Shown in pieces: positions 43,106 through 57,051 of a stretch of 64,000 nt of DNA. Under the pieces are notes generated by a model. That model ran no database searches. It was not told the DNA's origin and worked only from the letters and a program-made list of their open reading frames with translations. A program made the position numbers and the translations under genes. Numbering within the stretch: position 1 is the first letter of the stretch; every line of letters begins with the position of its first letter. The stretch lies in assembly GCA_012295275.1 (NCBI GenBank), contig CM022677.1:9424001-9488000 (forward strand). Direction: 5' to 3'. The DNA is from Chrysomallon squamiferum. Its lineage: Eukaryota > Animalia > Mollusca.

Positions 43106-44407
43106 TATGTGATCTTATTAATAATGTAAAGTCTACCAAGAAGAATAACTTTGACAGTAATGGAAGGTTGTAATTGTGTCACATGGTTTTCTGTTGATGT
43201 AAGACAATGAATACAGAATAGTCATTTAGTAGTTTACACTGTGCACTTGTCATTGTGACTAGTCTGACTGGTATTATTAATACCTAAAATCTGGCTCATC
43301 CTGTCTAAATTAGCAGACTATAACACCAGCAAGTAACAAGGTATTAAAGAACTGAATGACTATTCTGTATCCACTACAGAACAATAATGTAAACAAGAAT
43401 TGAATATGGGTAATTGTTATATATATATATATTTCACATAAATTAACCATCAATGGTAACCTACAATTTAATCATATGATTTGAATGATAAAATATAAAA
43501 GCAAATAGCATTGATAGATAATACTAAACTAATTAAGCCTAATTGGATACTTTAAGTTTCTGACTAATCTTTTAGTTATTAAAATACATTATCTTAGTTA
43601 GGTACTTAGTTTTTAAATCTTTGGAGATTTATAAACCTCGCATGTGTGTTCAGTAAACACCTCTGCATATCTGAATTTATTTTGCAACTTAAATGCCAAT
43701 TTTTAGTTTGTTAATCCCAGTGTTTCTCAGTTTATAAAATAAAGAACTTCCCCCATATATAACACAGCTTCTAAATAGCCCATGGACATTTGCATATTCT
43801 CTGCTATTTAGTTTTTGAGTATTTTACCCCCATAATTAGCTAAATATTGAATTTATAAACATGATTATACAAAATAGCTAAATAAATATTACCATTAGAT
43901 AATATACTTAATATAAAATGTAGCAGACATTCTGCTTTAAATGGACATATAAAAATAATGGTTTTCTGAATATTACATAATTCACTACACACAAAACAAA
44001 ATTACAATTAAAAACATGGCAAAGCGGCACTAACGAGGTTCCGCCACAACACTTCACTGAAACTTAATTTTAAAACCAGAGCAAGTTCACTCAACCCTCC
44101 CTTAAATCCCTGTTTGTTAGATTTCAGAAAAAATTGAAAATTTCTCAATTCTATTGAAATTCAGATTTATCTGGGAGTTAGCACACCAGTCTCTCTGTTT
44201 ACTGTGGCCATATATTAGGACTTCTAACTCCTGATAAACCTGGATGTTTGATTTGTTTTGACAACCCTTCACCATTTTCAGTGCGACTCTACTCAATTCA
44301 TGAATATTATAAAGAAATTAAAATTATTTTTTACAACAAAACATAAAAATACCAGAACTGACAACCAATTATGAATATCGCTGATGTGATAAAAGACAGA
44401 AACTAAC

Positions 44408-44517
44408 CTCAAAAACTTGAGATTTCCCATCTCGACAGCCATCCTGTGAACACACCTTAACTCTTGTACAAGTGTCTTCACGTGGCACAGAAAACCTGGC
44501 TTCAGTCTAGTTATCAT
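44408..44517 (-). CDS. NAXE: NAXE distal first coding exon (presequence-like N-terminus plus internal Mets)
   Basis: MITRLKPGFLCHVKTLVQELRCVHRMAVEMGNLKFL + AG|gttagt, phase 2, splices to give [14 protein letters not shown]. Basic, nearly acid-free N-terminus. An acceptor-like tgtttcag 5 nt upstream of the ATG suggests a further 5'UTR exon. Confidence 0.8.
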
Positions 44518-45467
44518 TCAATCTGAAACAACCATTTCAACAATCAATCTTTAAAAATAACGAATCATGCTAATAATAATAATAATAATAACAAACAAAA
44601 TACGATAAAAATGATGCCAATGGCTTTATTTTGTTTTTTAACATGGTTTATACTTATAATAAATAATTATTTTAAAATACATAATTCTACAGGTTTAAAT
44701 TAAAACCTTTTTAGAATTCCTAACTTCATGTACAAATTTTGTTGATATGTTAACTAAAGACAGACAAACAAAATGCTTTAATTTAAGTATGCTATCAGCA
44801 GATTTTCACTTTCAGTGTTGCGTACATTATTGTTATCACAACAAACAAAACAGTGAAGAATGATAGTGAAACTTTGTATGATAATGTCTAACACACTTTA
44901 CTCGCAAAATCTTATTCAGACTTTAAAATCCTGTGACAGCGCAATACATTTTAATAATACTAATTATTAGGCATATGAAATACAATTTATATTACATTTA
45001 ATGGATACGTAAAGTTTGTTTACTTATTAAGCCTTGTTTAGGCGTAAAACTCTTCTTGGGGAAACCCTAAAATCAGCGCTTTTTGGATTAACCTGGATTA
45101 TTATATCACTGAAATTTCCTCCATTTAGAGAAAGCATCGCACTTTTTTAATTGCTTATTTAAAATAAACGCGAGTAACTGTTTATAAACAAATATTATAT
45201 TTATATCTTTCACTGCGCAATAATCTATTAAACTCATGTTAATAGTGATATCTGTATTTTTATTATTGCGAAAAACAACACATTTTGAGTGAGTAACCTG
45301 TAGCTACATTTTCTTTGCCGATGCCGGGTTAGTGAAAAAAAGATCTATACAAAATGTCATGCAGTAAACCCCTTAAATGTGGATGTCTGTATAAGGCAGT
45401 ATTAGAGATATAAATAAACTAAATGAAATACACAGAGGTAGGCGGCGATAACAACAATAACAACAAC

Positions 45468-45512
<45 letters not shown>

Positions 45513-46806
45513 AGGGGATAAAAAAAGGGAGAATGTAGTATATTATTACTTTTATTATTAGTATATATTAATATGTTTAATATTAGTAATTGTGTGCAAA
45601 ACGTAAGATGAAATTACCATGTGATATATTTGTCAAAATGATGATGATGTTGATGACTGTTATAATAATAATTATAATGAGAATGATGATGATGATTGTA
45701 ATAAAGAACTAGACCTATAAAAATATAATTTAAAAAAATATATTTTTTTTATTTTTCATTTGAAAACTCGTTGAACAAAATCTCTGTATATTTATAATAA
45801 ACTGTATAATCAAATGATAATCGTATAATCAATTTAATATTTTAATGTTGCTGTTAATGGACTAATAAAGAGTAGTAAGTATTAAATTAATGCGGTTCAG
45901 ATGCTACCATATCTTTAATATTATTTATTATTCTCTGGGTTTTTTAAATCTTCCAAGCAAAATGAAACGAAATAGGGTCCAGGGTTTTTCTTTCAAACCA
46001 ACAAAATATTTATTATTATGACTAAAAAAAAAAAAAAAAAAAAATTAATGTATTAAACGAATCAAATTTTGTGTCATCAAAGAAACAACATTAACATTAC
46101 AAGGTGTCTGGATATTTATATACCTGAAATACAAAGAAAAATAAAATATAGAAATTGTTGTTAATAAAATAAAAACGTTCTAAGTTCGTTTATCAAAAGT
46201 CAGTTGGTTTTTTTCAATAAATTTACTGTCAGAATATTTTCATATCTTTGTCAGACGATTTTCCTCAGTCGGGAACGAACTGACGGAAACTGTCCTCCAC
46301 TCTTCGAAGTATCAACAACTTTGACGTCACATTATATGAACATATTGAGCGGGAAACTAAAGCCCTGAATCATCATACTGACCATTTACTGGGTTTTTTC
46401 GCATGCTTTTTCCAGTTATTCAGAAATATTTTATTTTATTTATTTATTATTATTATTATTTTTATATCAGTAATCTAATTTCAGACTTCACTTATTATTT
46501 TCCCCTCCAAATCTTGTTAAACATAGATTGTTAGTTTTTCTTTTGATTTGTGTTTTTGCCTTTGCTACGTTTTTTCTTTTCATTCATTGCTTTTAGCGGT
46601 TTTTGATTGAGTTTCGAGTATAGATTAGTATATAAATAAAGGATTATGTTTTTGTTTTGTTATATGGGTATTGTGTATTGTGTGTGTAGATTATTTTTTT
46701 GATATATAAAGTGTTAAAACGGCTCTTTGGTATTCTGGATGTGATTAGTGTCCTGCTGAATACGTTCATATAATGTGCGGGCTACTTGAATTTAGAATTA
46801 TTACAT

Positions 46807-48124
46807 TCAAACTGTCATTCTTGAAATTGTGCCGTTTTTGAAAATAAAAAGTTCCTTCACGTCTGATAACATTGCAGCTCGGATACTGAAATTACTGTGG
46901 GATACGACGAGAACTCTGCACTGTTTTAGTATCGCTTGATCTAACAAGGCTGTTTCAAATCCTAGACACGCTTCGCTCATTTTCTTTTGTCTGTCAACGT
47001 GTAAAATAACTCCTCCATTATCGACGTACTTTTCTTTAAAATGTTTTTTCGCTAATTTCCTAATCTCCATCATATCTGTTGCAATAAACACACGAGTAGT
47101 GTTTGTTACATATTTATCCAGAAATGTCCATAATTTACCAACAGTGGACACGGAATTGATAGGCGTGCCGTCGTTTGGAATGGTTGGATTCTTTCTTATT
47201 CTGATGTGAGCACAGACAAAATCTCCGTTAGGCGAGAGTGACAGCAGGTCGTCGACGTGCTCCTCGAAATGTGCCGAGTATTTCATTAGCTTATTCCACG
47301 CTTTCCTGAACACCTGCGAGTTACTTCCATTCACCCATTTTGGAAGAAGTTTAACATAAAGTGGATCTTTAATCATTCCATAAGTATAGTCAATGTTTGT
47401 ACGTAGGTAAACGACATCCTGGGGATACTTCGTGTTGAAATCTACAGATGACCACACCGGGTTATCTTTGTGTCCAGTGATACAACTAAGGTAAACAGTG
47501 GACAAACCTTTGAGCTGAGATCTTTTGACAAACCAGTTGACAGTGTTTGGTATGTAAAACTGTTTCATATCGCACGGACTGGACATGACGAGACCGAATG
47601 TTCTGTTAAAGACAAGAGATAAGAGATATACTGACACGATTCCTCTCTGTCTGTCTCCCCATCCCCCCACACAGCGACGACCCGTCACACCAGTAGATTA
47701 AGTAACGTTTCTTTTCTGTCTTTTTATTATTCTCTTGGTTTTCTTTGTTTTTGTTAGTGGTGTTTTTCTCTGAATGTTCATTAATCTTCATGGAAGAATT
47801 GTTTTTATTGCTATCCTGATATGTTTTCGTGTTTACAGCTGTATCTTTGTTTTTGTCCACGAATTCAGGTGTTGTGTTTTTAGTCGCGGCGTGTTGCGGG
47901 ATGAAGACATCTTTCTTCGAACTAATCAGTTTACTTTCAGATATCGCAGACGAGATCTTAGCTTGAACCTTCACAGATGTTTTGTCCTGATTAAAAATTC
48001 GAACTACCTCGAGTTGATTCAAAATCTGTCTTCGAATGGGCGGACTGAGCGATATGTGATGCGTCAGCAAAATGAATACAATGGAAAGAAGAGATGTTGC
48101 AATGAAATATTTCAGTTTCTGCAT
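46807..48124 (-). CDS. Type II membrane fucosyltransferase-like glycosyltransferase (GT-B, FUT8/NodZ/O-FucT-like motifs), single coding exon, +1 frameshift at 47663-47668
   Basis: ORFs 47606-48124 and 46807-47688 join into one ~438-aa protein if one G is removed from G6 (YLIYWCDGSSLC-GGWGDRQRG). N-terminal TM (YFIATSLLSIVFILL), low-complexity stem, motifs AHIRIR, VFIATD and LDQAILKQCRVLVVSHSNFS. Acceptor tttcag 5 nt upstream of the ATG. Confidence 0.8.
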
Positions 48125-48376
48125 TTTACCTGAAACGTAAATAGAAAATTTAGAAAAGAACTTGACCTAGACTAAAATTAGGTTATGCTAATAACTTCAG
48201 TATGGGCGGCGTGATCCACTGTTTTGACAACGATGAGTTAGTGAGAACATGAAACAAAAGGTCATAACCCATTGCGCATGTTTTTCAAAATTCATTACAG
48301 GTTTTTATTTAGCCACCTTTCAAAACATACAGGTGCAAAATTATCACATATCTCAATACTTTAAATTGCTTTCCAT

Positions 48377-48429
<53 letters not shown>

Positions 48430-48773
48430 GAAGTCTCTACGTAGCAAGACGTATGTCACACAAACCAGTTGTCTCTGAGTGGCAAGTAACAGAGAGCAAA
48501 ATTCAAAAAATAGATTTAAAAAACACGTTTAAATGACTGGGTATTGTGTTCCTTTCACAACGTTTACTTTTTTTTTGCATTTGCTGTGTAAACGATCACA
48601 TTAAAAAACAGAGTTATAAATTTCACTAAACTCAAGAAAACAATAAAGTTGGTTAAACGTTTTAGCGATGTAACAACAATAACAACAAAAAACCATAACA
48701 ATATAAACGACGACATCTGCAACAAAATAATGATAACAACAATAACAATAAAAATAAATACAATAACAACAAC

Positions 48774-48833
<60 letters not shown>

Positions 48834-49722
48834 AAGAAGAAAAGTGAAGTCTTGGTATTTTCAGATTTACATAGAAAATGGTAATACCTTTTAGTAGTTT
48901 ATTATTAATTCACTCATTTATTTGCACTTGTATTTAGATTCTTCAGCTAAATTACCATTCATTTTAAACTCATTGTTTTATTATTATTATTATCTTCTTC
49001 TTCAAACGCAAACTGCACGTTTTCTGGCCCTTACTCAAGTTTCTTTTTGACCCGAACCTCTGTAAACAGGAACATCGTTATTCACTTTGTAAGTTATTAT
49101 TTTATTGTCAGTGCAGAAGTTTGAGGGTGTGTGTATCAATGTATGTTGTTCTGTGTATGATTACTCATTTCATGAAAAACGAGTCGACGCGTTGCTCGCT
49201 TTTATTAGTATATACGTATATTCATCTGAGTGTGTGTGTGTGCGTCTTATATGTGTGGGTGTTTATGTATTAATTAATTAATGATTTATAGTGTAAGCAG
49301 TAAATAATATATGCAAATAACGCTGAAACTGTAGACTGTTAATTCATTTATCGTTTAACCAGTCGCTACAGTCAATACACAACACCAGATAAAATGAATG
49401 TGCAAACAAAGACGGTCGTGGCATGACCTCGTTTGTTTTCCAGTTTTACGAGAAAAAATACACGATTTTAAAATTAAAGTTAAATATGGTCATCAACAAC
49501 AAATTAACACTAAAAGTAATTATGTTAATTGTAACGGACTTGAAAACTAAACAGTTCACCCACCTTGTTCAGTGTTGATACTTCGACGTTCCTGAGGCCA
49601 CAGTGAACTGAACAGAAATGTTAAAATACAGCTTTATCATTGAATCTGAAACTGATCCACCCAGCCCCCCCTCCCCGCAGATACAACACATACACAACGC
49701 ATACACTTGCCATTTTATAACT

Positions 49723-49757
<35 letters not shown>

Positions 49758-51454
49758 GCTATGCTGTCATTAGTTATATGGTTGTAAATTTTATTATAAA
49801 GTAAGTAACAAAATAAAAATAAAAATAAAATAAATAGAATCAGTACCGTTCTAAAAACACACGTTAATATTCCAAGGGGCATAACTTCAGGATAAATCTG
49901 TCCTGAAGGAGTTGCGGAACTTCCACAGCAAAATGTCCTGATATTATAGTTAGTTAATGAAAATGATTAACCTGAATAAATAAAGAGTTGTATAGCACAT
50001 AAATTTAATGTAGAAATACAACTGCAAAAAATTAAATTTATAGAAAATATGAAATTAAATTTAGTTTTACATGTGGTTCTGATATTAAAACATATTTGCG
50101 TATATGTGTGTCTCTGTCTGTGCATCTGTGTAGGTGGGTAGTTTTTTATTACTTAAAAACAAAACAAGATAAAAACACATTAATTCACATACATAAAAAT
50201 ATTTTAAATTTGTACAGAGAAGAGTTCATGTGTATACAAACACACTTACAGCACAGTATAAAAACATTTCTAAATCTATTTAAAACTATTTCAGGGACTA
50301 TTTGGTGAGTATCCTTTATCAACATATTTGACAAATGTAACAAAATATCATTTTTAGACAAATGAGTATTATCAGGATGTATAAACCCTGAAAATTTCAG
50401 AAACTGTGTTAAAGTCTGACTGCTCAGTAAAACTGTGCTGCAGTGGCTGCAGTTGATGGAGATATGAGGAGGAGGATGGGGCAGTGCTTGCACCCACTCA
50501 TAATTGTGTTTAGGATTTATACACATTTCCTATAAAAAATATTCAAAAGCACCCACAGATACATAACTTGTATGTGATGTAGTTTTATTGTAAAGTAATT
50601 TTATATATATAGAAACACCACTCACATATACACACACAGAGACAAGCATGTATGTATATAATAACAAGTGATCTTTTGACAGACTTTTTCACCTACTGTA
50701 CAGGTTAGTCTTTAAGTTTACAGACAACAAATTCTGAATCACTGCATTTAATATCTTGACTGTGCTTAAATCAACTAATTGTGTATTTTAAATTCTATTT
50801 AACTAGGCCTACATAACAAAGGTAAGATTTTCAGGTTTATACAGGCCAGTCCAGAATGATCTAATATAGTCAATATTATTAGAACAAAAATCAAGTGTAT
50901 TTTGTCTGATATGTGTGATTATCTGTTATACAAAATCCTGTTATCTGAGATGACACTTACTGGAATAAAGTAAGAAAAATAAGGACTTATGATTCCATCT
51001 GATACTGGTGATTATCCAATATAAGTGAGTCAACTAAATTTGTGATTAAATTCCAGACAAATTTTAAAAAGTTACAGAAATAAATAAAACATGTTTTAAA
51101 CCTGGAGTAGTCTGCATATCTTCTATTAGGTGTTTTTACAAGTGCAGAGGCTACATGAAATTCAGAATGTTTCTCTTATTTCATTTTGATGTTTTATAGA
51201 ATCACCATCACTAACCTGGCCTCACTGGGGATGTGGGATGCTGGATTAGTGATTTCTCCTGGATAACAGAGTCACTAAGTTAAAAAAACCTGAATTGTCC
51301 AATTCTGAAAGTGATGCCAATAGCAGCAACAACAGCATTTGAAGATTAATGACTGGTTTGTGTGGTGAAGCAGCAAATTTGAAATAACATTAGCCTAAAC
51401 TTGTGCTAGATTTCTGACTAAATTGATGTACTGATGCATTTTCAAATGCTTATG

Positions 51455-51535
<81 letters not shown>

Positions 51536-51986
51536 GATATTTTTCTTCTTCTTCTTATTATATTATTATTTTTCTTCTTATTATTAAATGTAACTTTTTC
51601 TTTACAAATCAGTTTTAAGATTTCTGCAACAGATGTCAAAACATTTCTAATTAATTGTCTATTACACAGAGAATACATTTTCACTGTAACTATTACACAC
51701 AAAGAAAGTTAATGTTCAGTTTAAATGAGACACTGTCCATTCATCAGCCTGTCTGACATACACATCATATTCTCTACCACAGTTTGACAATATCTGGCTC
51801 ATTTAACCATGAGTTCACCCACTGTAATAACCTTCTTAAATCATCCGTTTTATCATCAACATCAACATCTTGAAAATTTTCATCAGACTTTTTCGGAATT
51901 ATCACTACAAGCAACTGATTTATAAATTTAAATAGAAAAGAAAAGGAAGAAATATATATGTGTATATATATTATAAAAGTAATAAT

Positions 51987-52524
51987 CTATAAGAGTTTTT
52001 TTTCTGAGGTGGGCCAAAGTTTACAGATCATCACGAGAGACGATGCAATGCCAAACAAACCACACTTGGAGGCTGAGAAGTAGCCAGACCAGAGGAACCC
52101 TTTAGGCTGCCAGTTCCCAGCATTAAGAAGATCAAACATCGACTGCAACAGCGACCACAACAACACCCTTTCATCGTCTTTCAGTTGTCTCAGTCGAGTG
52201 GAAATCTCCTTATTCTGCTCACTGATTTCATAACTGAAAGAAAAAACAGACCCAGTGTTTCACTTCGCACTGGTGACCAACCTTTGCTAATAATAAACAA
52301 GATATTATCAAACGTTACTAATAACAAACAAAAGAACTAAAGATGTATTAAATTATTTACTGATGCTAATATTTTTTTTATTAAAAACATGTTTCTTTTC
52401 AAATTAATAAGAAGTAATGCAATCAGTTATATTTTGAATAAAGAAACATATTTTTCAGTCTTACAAATCAGCTTTATCAAAAATAATTTTGAAAAAATGT
52501 TATTATATTTGTTCTAGTTATTAA

Positions 52525-52580
<56 letters not shown>

Positions 52581-54508
52581 ACACACACACAAATCAGTCT
52601 GTTTTTAATAAAGCAGTTATTTAATAGTAAGTTAACATTTGTGAAAGCAACAAACTTTTATCACATCTTAGTACAAAAGCATATTGTAAAATTTTAAATA
52701 ATCCACCATAAATTGTCATACGTAAAGAAAAATGTATTGTATTATCCACAGGTTTGAAAAAAACAACAGTTTTTATTCTGTAATAACATTCACATGATCA
52801 GACCAGTGTTTATTAAACCATTCCATTCATGCTTTTTTCACTCACAACAACTAAGTTTCCTTGTTTCTGACACATTTTGTCTGACAGTACAAGAGTGCTG
52901 CAAAGGTAAACATTAATATTACAAGACCAGAATTACCCTGACTCAGGTTTATCCAGACTTTTTTGCTTCCTCAGTCTGTGTTGTTGTAAGCGACATAGGT
53001 AAATTCTTATTACACACCTGTGAAAAAAAAAGTAAACTAATTATGAAATAAAACCTTCTGTATAATCAAGTCACTCCCAGTGCCTGCCTCTGCAGCAGTC
53101 CATGGACTTTTCCTTTACCTGTCCACTTACCATTCAGTGGCAAATCAGATGCTGAATTCCCATTTCTAACATTTATAATCAGACATTTAATAGATTATTG
53201 TGCAAGACAGATCAGAAATGTTATAAAAATGTTGGTATCATGAGACAAATTATTATCATTCAACATTATTTACTGAGAAAAAAATAAAGAGAATAATTTT
53301 ATGTCAGCTTTAAAAAAAGAAAAAAGAAAATACAATGCCAAAAAATAATATTAAAAGTAGAAATGGCTTCCCTGCTAGCAAAATTATTGAGTTGTACAGG
53401 GTTTAGGAAATTTTTTCTGTGTTGTTGTAATTTGCAATTTGTATACACATTTCATGTCATTAAAAAAATAAATTTCAAAGATGATTATAATGATTAAAAC
53501 TAAAATAAAAGTAAAGTAATGTGAAATGTAAAGTTAAGTTAAAAAATAAAGTGAAGTGAAGTGTAGTGTAGTGTAGTGAAGTGAAGTCAAGTTAAGCAAA
53601 TCAAAGAAGTGAAGTGAAGTTAAAAAAATTAAGTAAAATTATATTACTTAATTATTTCAAGAGTCAGTGAAAATGCCCAAAAAGCCAGACATGCTGTCCA
53701 CCACTTGGCTGACGATGCTGATAGGATGTGTTTGTCAGCGAGCCAGGCAATGTGTTCCACTGGGTAGTACAGCTGATTGCAGACGTTGCTGGCCAAGTCG
53801 AGACATCTCAGTGGTACACTCTTCTCCTGAAAATTGTTAATCTCAGTCTAAAAGTTTATTCTGAAATCACATTAAAACACAACTATATGTGAAAAAAAAT
53901 AATTATAGGTCCCAGGGGTGGGTCCCTACAAACACGGCATGAAAGATTTACTGTCAGCAAGCAACAGTAACTGCTCAGTGAAATGATACAACAAATTAAA
54001 AGTCTGCAAACGTTTGTAACCCATGCAGTAAAGTGAAAACTTCAAAGCATTTGTTGCATTAAAAATTACTTCATTACAAATTTCATTTAATCATTTTGTT
54101 CTTTTATTATGCAGCTTCTATACATGATATTTTAAGTGCGTGATTGTTTAGAAGAAATATTTCTGTGATCTGCTATTTTCACTTCTCAGATCCCAGAGGT
54201 GTCAGGTTAATGACGGTGGACCTGTACATAATGATTAATAATTATTACTTTTAGGTTATTTTTTCCTCCATAACTACCTTTTCGCCAAAGCCATATTTTA
54301 TATTACTAAGTAACATGGGCAAATCATCGAACAAACGAAGTACAGTTCGGCAAGCACTGAGTTCTTTTGAGATAACTCGAAATTTTCTGGAAAGTGAACT
54401 TTGACGCTCCCCAGCCAGAAACATTGACACGTAAGTCATAAGACGCATCACTTTGTCTCGCCCTCTGTAAGTTTCCATCAACTTGACAATCTGCCCTGCA
54501 GTATCCAT
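51987..54508 (-). CDS. PEX11G: Peroxisomal membrane protein 11C / PEX11-gamma-like, 4 exons, 245 aa
   Basis: Exons 54278-54508, 53648-53826, 52937-53017 and 51987-52233, all GT-AG with consistent phases (0,2,2). Protein MDTAGQ...METYRGRDKVMR...CRTVLRLFDDLPML...NQLYYPVEHIAWLAD...DLLNAGNWQPKGFLWSG...GLFGIASS...EKKLL* carries PEX11G-type motifs. Confidence 0.93.
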
Positions 54509-55779
54509 TGTAACAGGACTATTTTAAAGTCCGTTTCAAAACGTTATACTCAATGACAACTAACATATAAAGTTGTTAACAAAAGACATTTTCTTGATTA
54601 CACCTAAACTTGTCTAAAGCCATGTTGACATTAGTCTTGATAATACGATAACGTTTGCAACGGTGAAATAAGCCTAACAAAAAAGGTGTTGAAAACCAAG
54701 GTTAAATTGTAGTTGTTGTAGAATTGTGTTCCTACAATCAATTGGTTTCCATCTGCCCACGATAAAGTAAAAATAACAACACGATTTTTCTCTTTTACAT
54801 TAATATTTGCCTAACTCGAAAAGAAAAACTTTGCTGTCGACAACAACAGTAAAATCTTTATGTTGCATTTATGAAAATTCAATCTGGCACCCCCACATTT
54901 ATGTATAAACCTAGTGAAAACAAGATAACAAACATTTAGAATGGTTAGTCTTTATATTGTTGCGGGAACAACCCCTGTGGCTGTCATTAAATCATAATCT
55001 ATATATGATGAACGTTTCGTTAGCAAGTCGAACTAAACTGATTATATAATTAAGAAACATAAGAAACCTTATTTCTACCAGACAACAGAAAGGTCACATA
55101 GTATAAAAGGCAATAACCTGATTTCTGTGTCATTCTTAGGAAAATAATTATTCAGCACAGGTTGCGAACGAAAAAAAAAAAAAAAAAAGAGAATTGTACA
55201 AAAACTCATCACTGCAAACTTTAAATAGAGAAAAAAAAATGATCAAATTTTATTTAAATTTATTTAGTTTGATCGAATTCACTGGTTTAGATGCAGAAAC
55301 TCTAATCATATCTGTTACTCTTCTGATACTAACATAATGGCATGCATACAATTCTATGACAACTAACATGACCGCTTTGTTCGTTTGGGGAGGGGGGATG
55401 TAATTTTTCAAGTTTCATGTTGCCTCTTTTGATTTCTGATATGAAAGCGTGGAGTCTTCGTCAAGGAACAGCCCCCCCCCAGATACACTGACTCCGCCCT
55501 GTTTGTCAGATCAGTACTTGACATCTGTTATCAACAACTCTAGAAACTACTGTCGAATGAAGCTTAATCCTTGCATTTAAACCTTGCAACATAATGTTAC
55601 TAACAACAGGGTAGATGTAATCGAACCATTCACTATTCGAGAAGTGAATGCAGTTTGACAACGTGATGGAATTACTGACGTACAGATTTACGAAACGAGG
55701 TCAGCAAGTATTCAAATGTAAACTATGCCACGAATTGCGAACATTCTCAGCATATGTTCTTTGTTACTGCTGTTTGTCA

Positions 55780-55828
<49 letters not shown>

Positions 55829-56280
55829 ACATTTACACATCTACCTATATATATCTGTCATCTATCTGTCCATCTGTCTGTCTGTCTGTCTATTTGTCTA
55901 TGAATCTATTTAGCCACATATATCTATCTATCTGTATATCTGTCTATTCATCCACTAATATATTTATCTGTCTGTCTCTGAGTCTGACTGTCTGTTTGTC
56001 TGTCTATTTATCTATCTAGCTATCTGTCAATCAATCTATCTATATCTATGCATCTGTATATCGGTATATCTATCTATCTATCCGCCTATCTGTGAGTCTG
56101 TCTCTTTGTCCAGCTATCTATCTAGCCATATAATCTATCTGCATACATATTTATCCGTGTCTACCTGTAATTATCTATCTGTCTAACCTATGCAAATCTC
56201 TATGCATCTATCTATCTATCTTTATATCTATAATTCTGTCTGGCTGTCTGTTATATCTGTCCATCTATCTGTTTGTCTAT
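55780..56280. repeat. (CA)n followed by degenerate (TCTA/TCTG)n low-complexity tract
   Basis: Direct reading. Confidence 0.85.
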
Positions 56281-57007
56281 GTATCGCTCTGCTGTTGAAC
56301 ATCTGGAATGGAGATGTGTATTGGAACGTAAAACTCACACATTAGTTACGTATATAAAATGAGGAAACAAACAAATTAATAAGTCAAAAGTGCTATATAT
56401 CGACTACATTCTCAGTTAGACAAAACGACTTTATTTCTATTACAGATTCTGGATTGGTGTTTCTGTAAATAAGTAATATAAATGTTGACAACGTGTAACA
56501 AACACACAATATTGTTCAACTATTGATATCATTTGATATATCCCGACATACCGATACATCAGCGATGAAACAGGATTGACACATGAACCATTTACTTGAT
56601 CACGAACTTAAAATGAGCTGGTATCAGATGGAGCATAAAGTACCACAATTGTTATTGACAGTCAGTGAACTAAAGATTCAACTAGTAAGTAAATACATTT
56701 ACTCTAACAATGCGATTGATTAAACACATGGTTACAAATCTATTTCAAGATTTATTTAATAATTGTTCATAAATCATTCGATTTTGTAACATGTGCAAAA
56801 AGCCATTTTTATGGTCACTCTCTATTTAATTTAAATGTGTCGCACACAAAAACGATAAGCAATTTTACTTAAGAGAAATGTCCATTGATGTAAGCGTTTA
56901 TCATTAAACATCTGTCACATTAGTATTTCGTTCTGTCCAGACCGATAACATACTAAAATTCACAACAAAACTGTTCACTATAAGTAAAAGACACGCATAC
57001 ACACAAA

Positions 57008-57051
<44 letters not shown>

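Noticed and set aside
47774-48133. Plus-strand 119-aa ORF
   Set aside because: Antisense shadow of the glycosyltransferase CDS.
51774-51914. Protein-like minus-strand frame after a polypyrimidine-AG downstream of the PEX11G stop
   Set aside because: Phase is incompatible with PEX11G exon 3 and no homology is recognised; probably 3'UTR.
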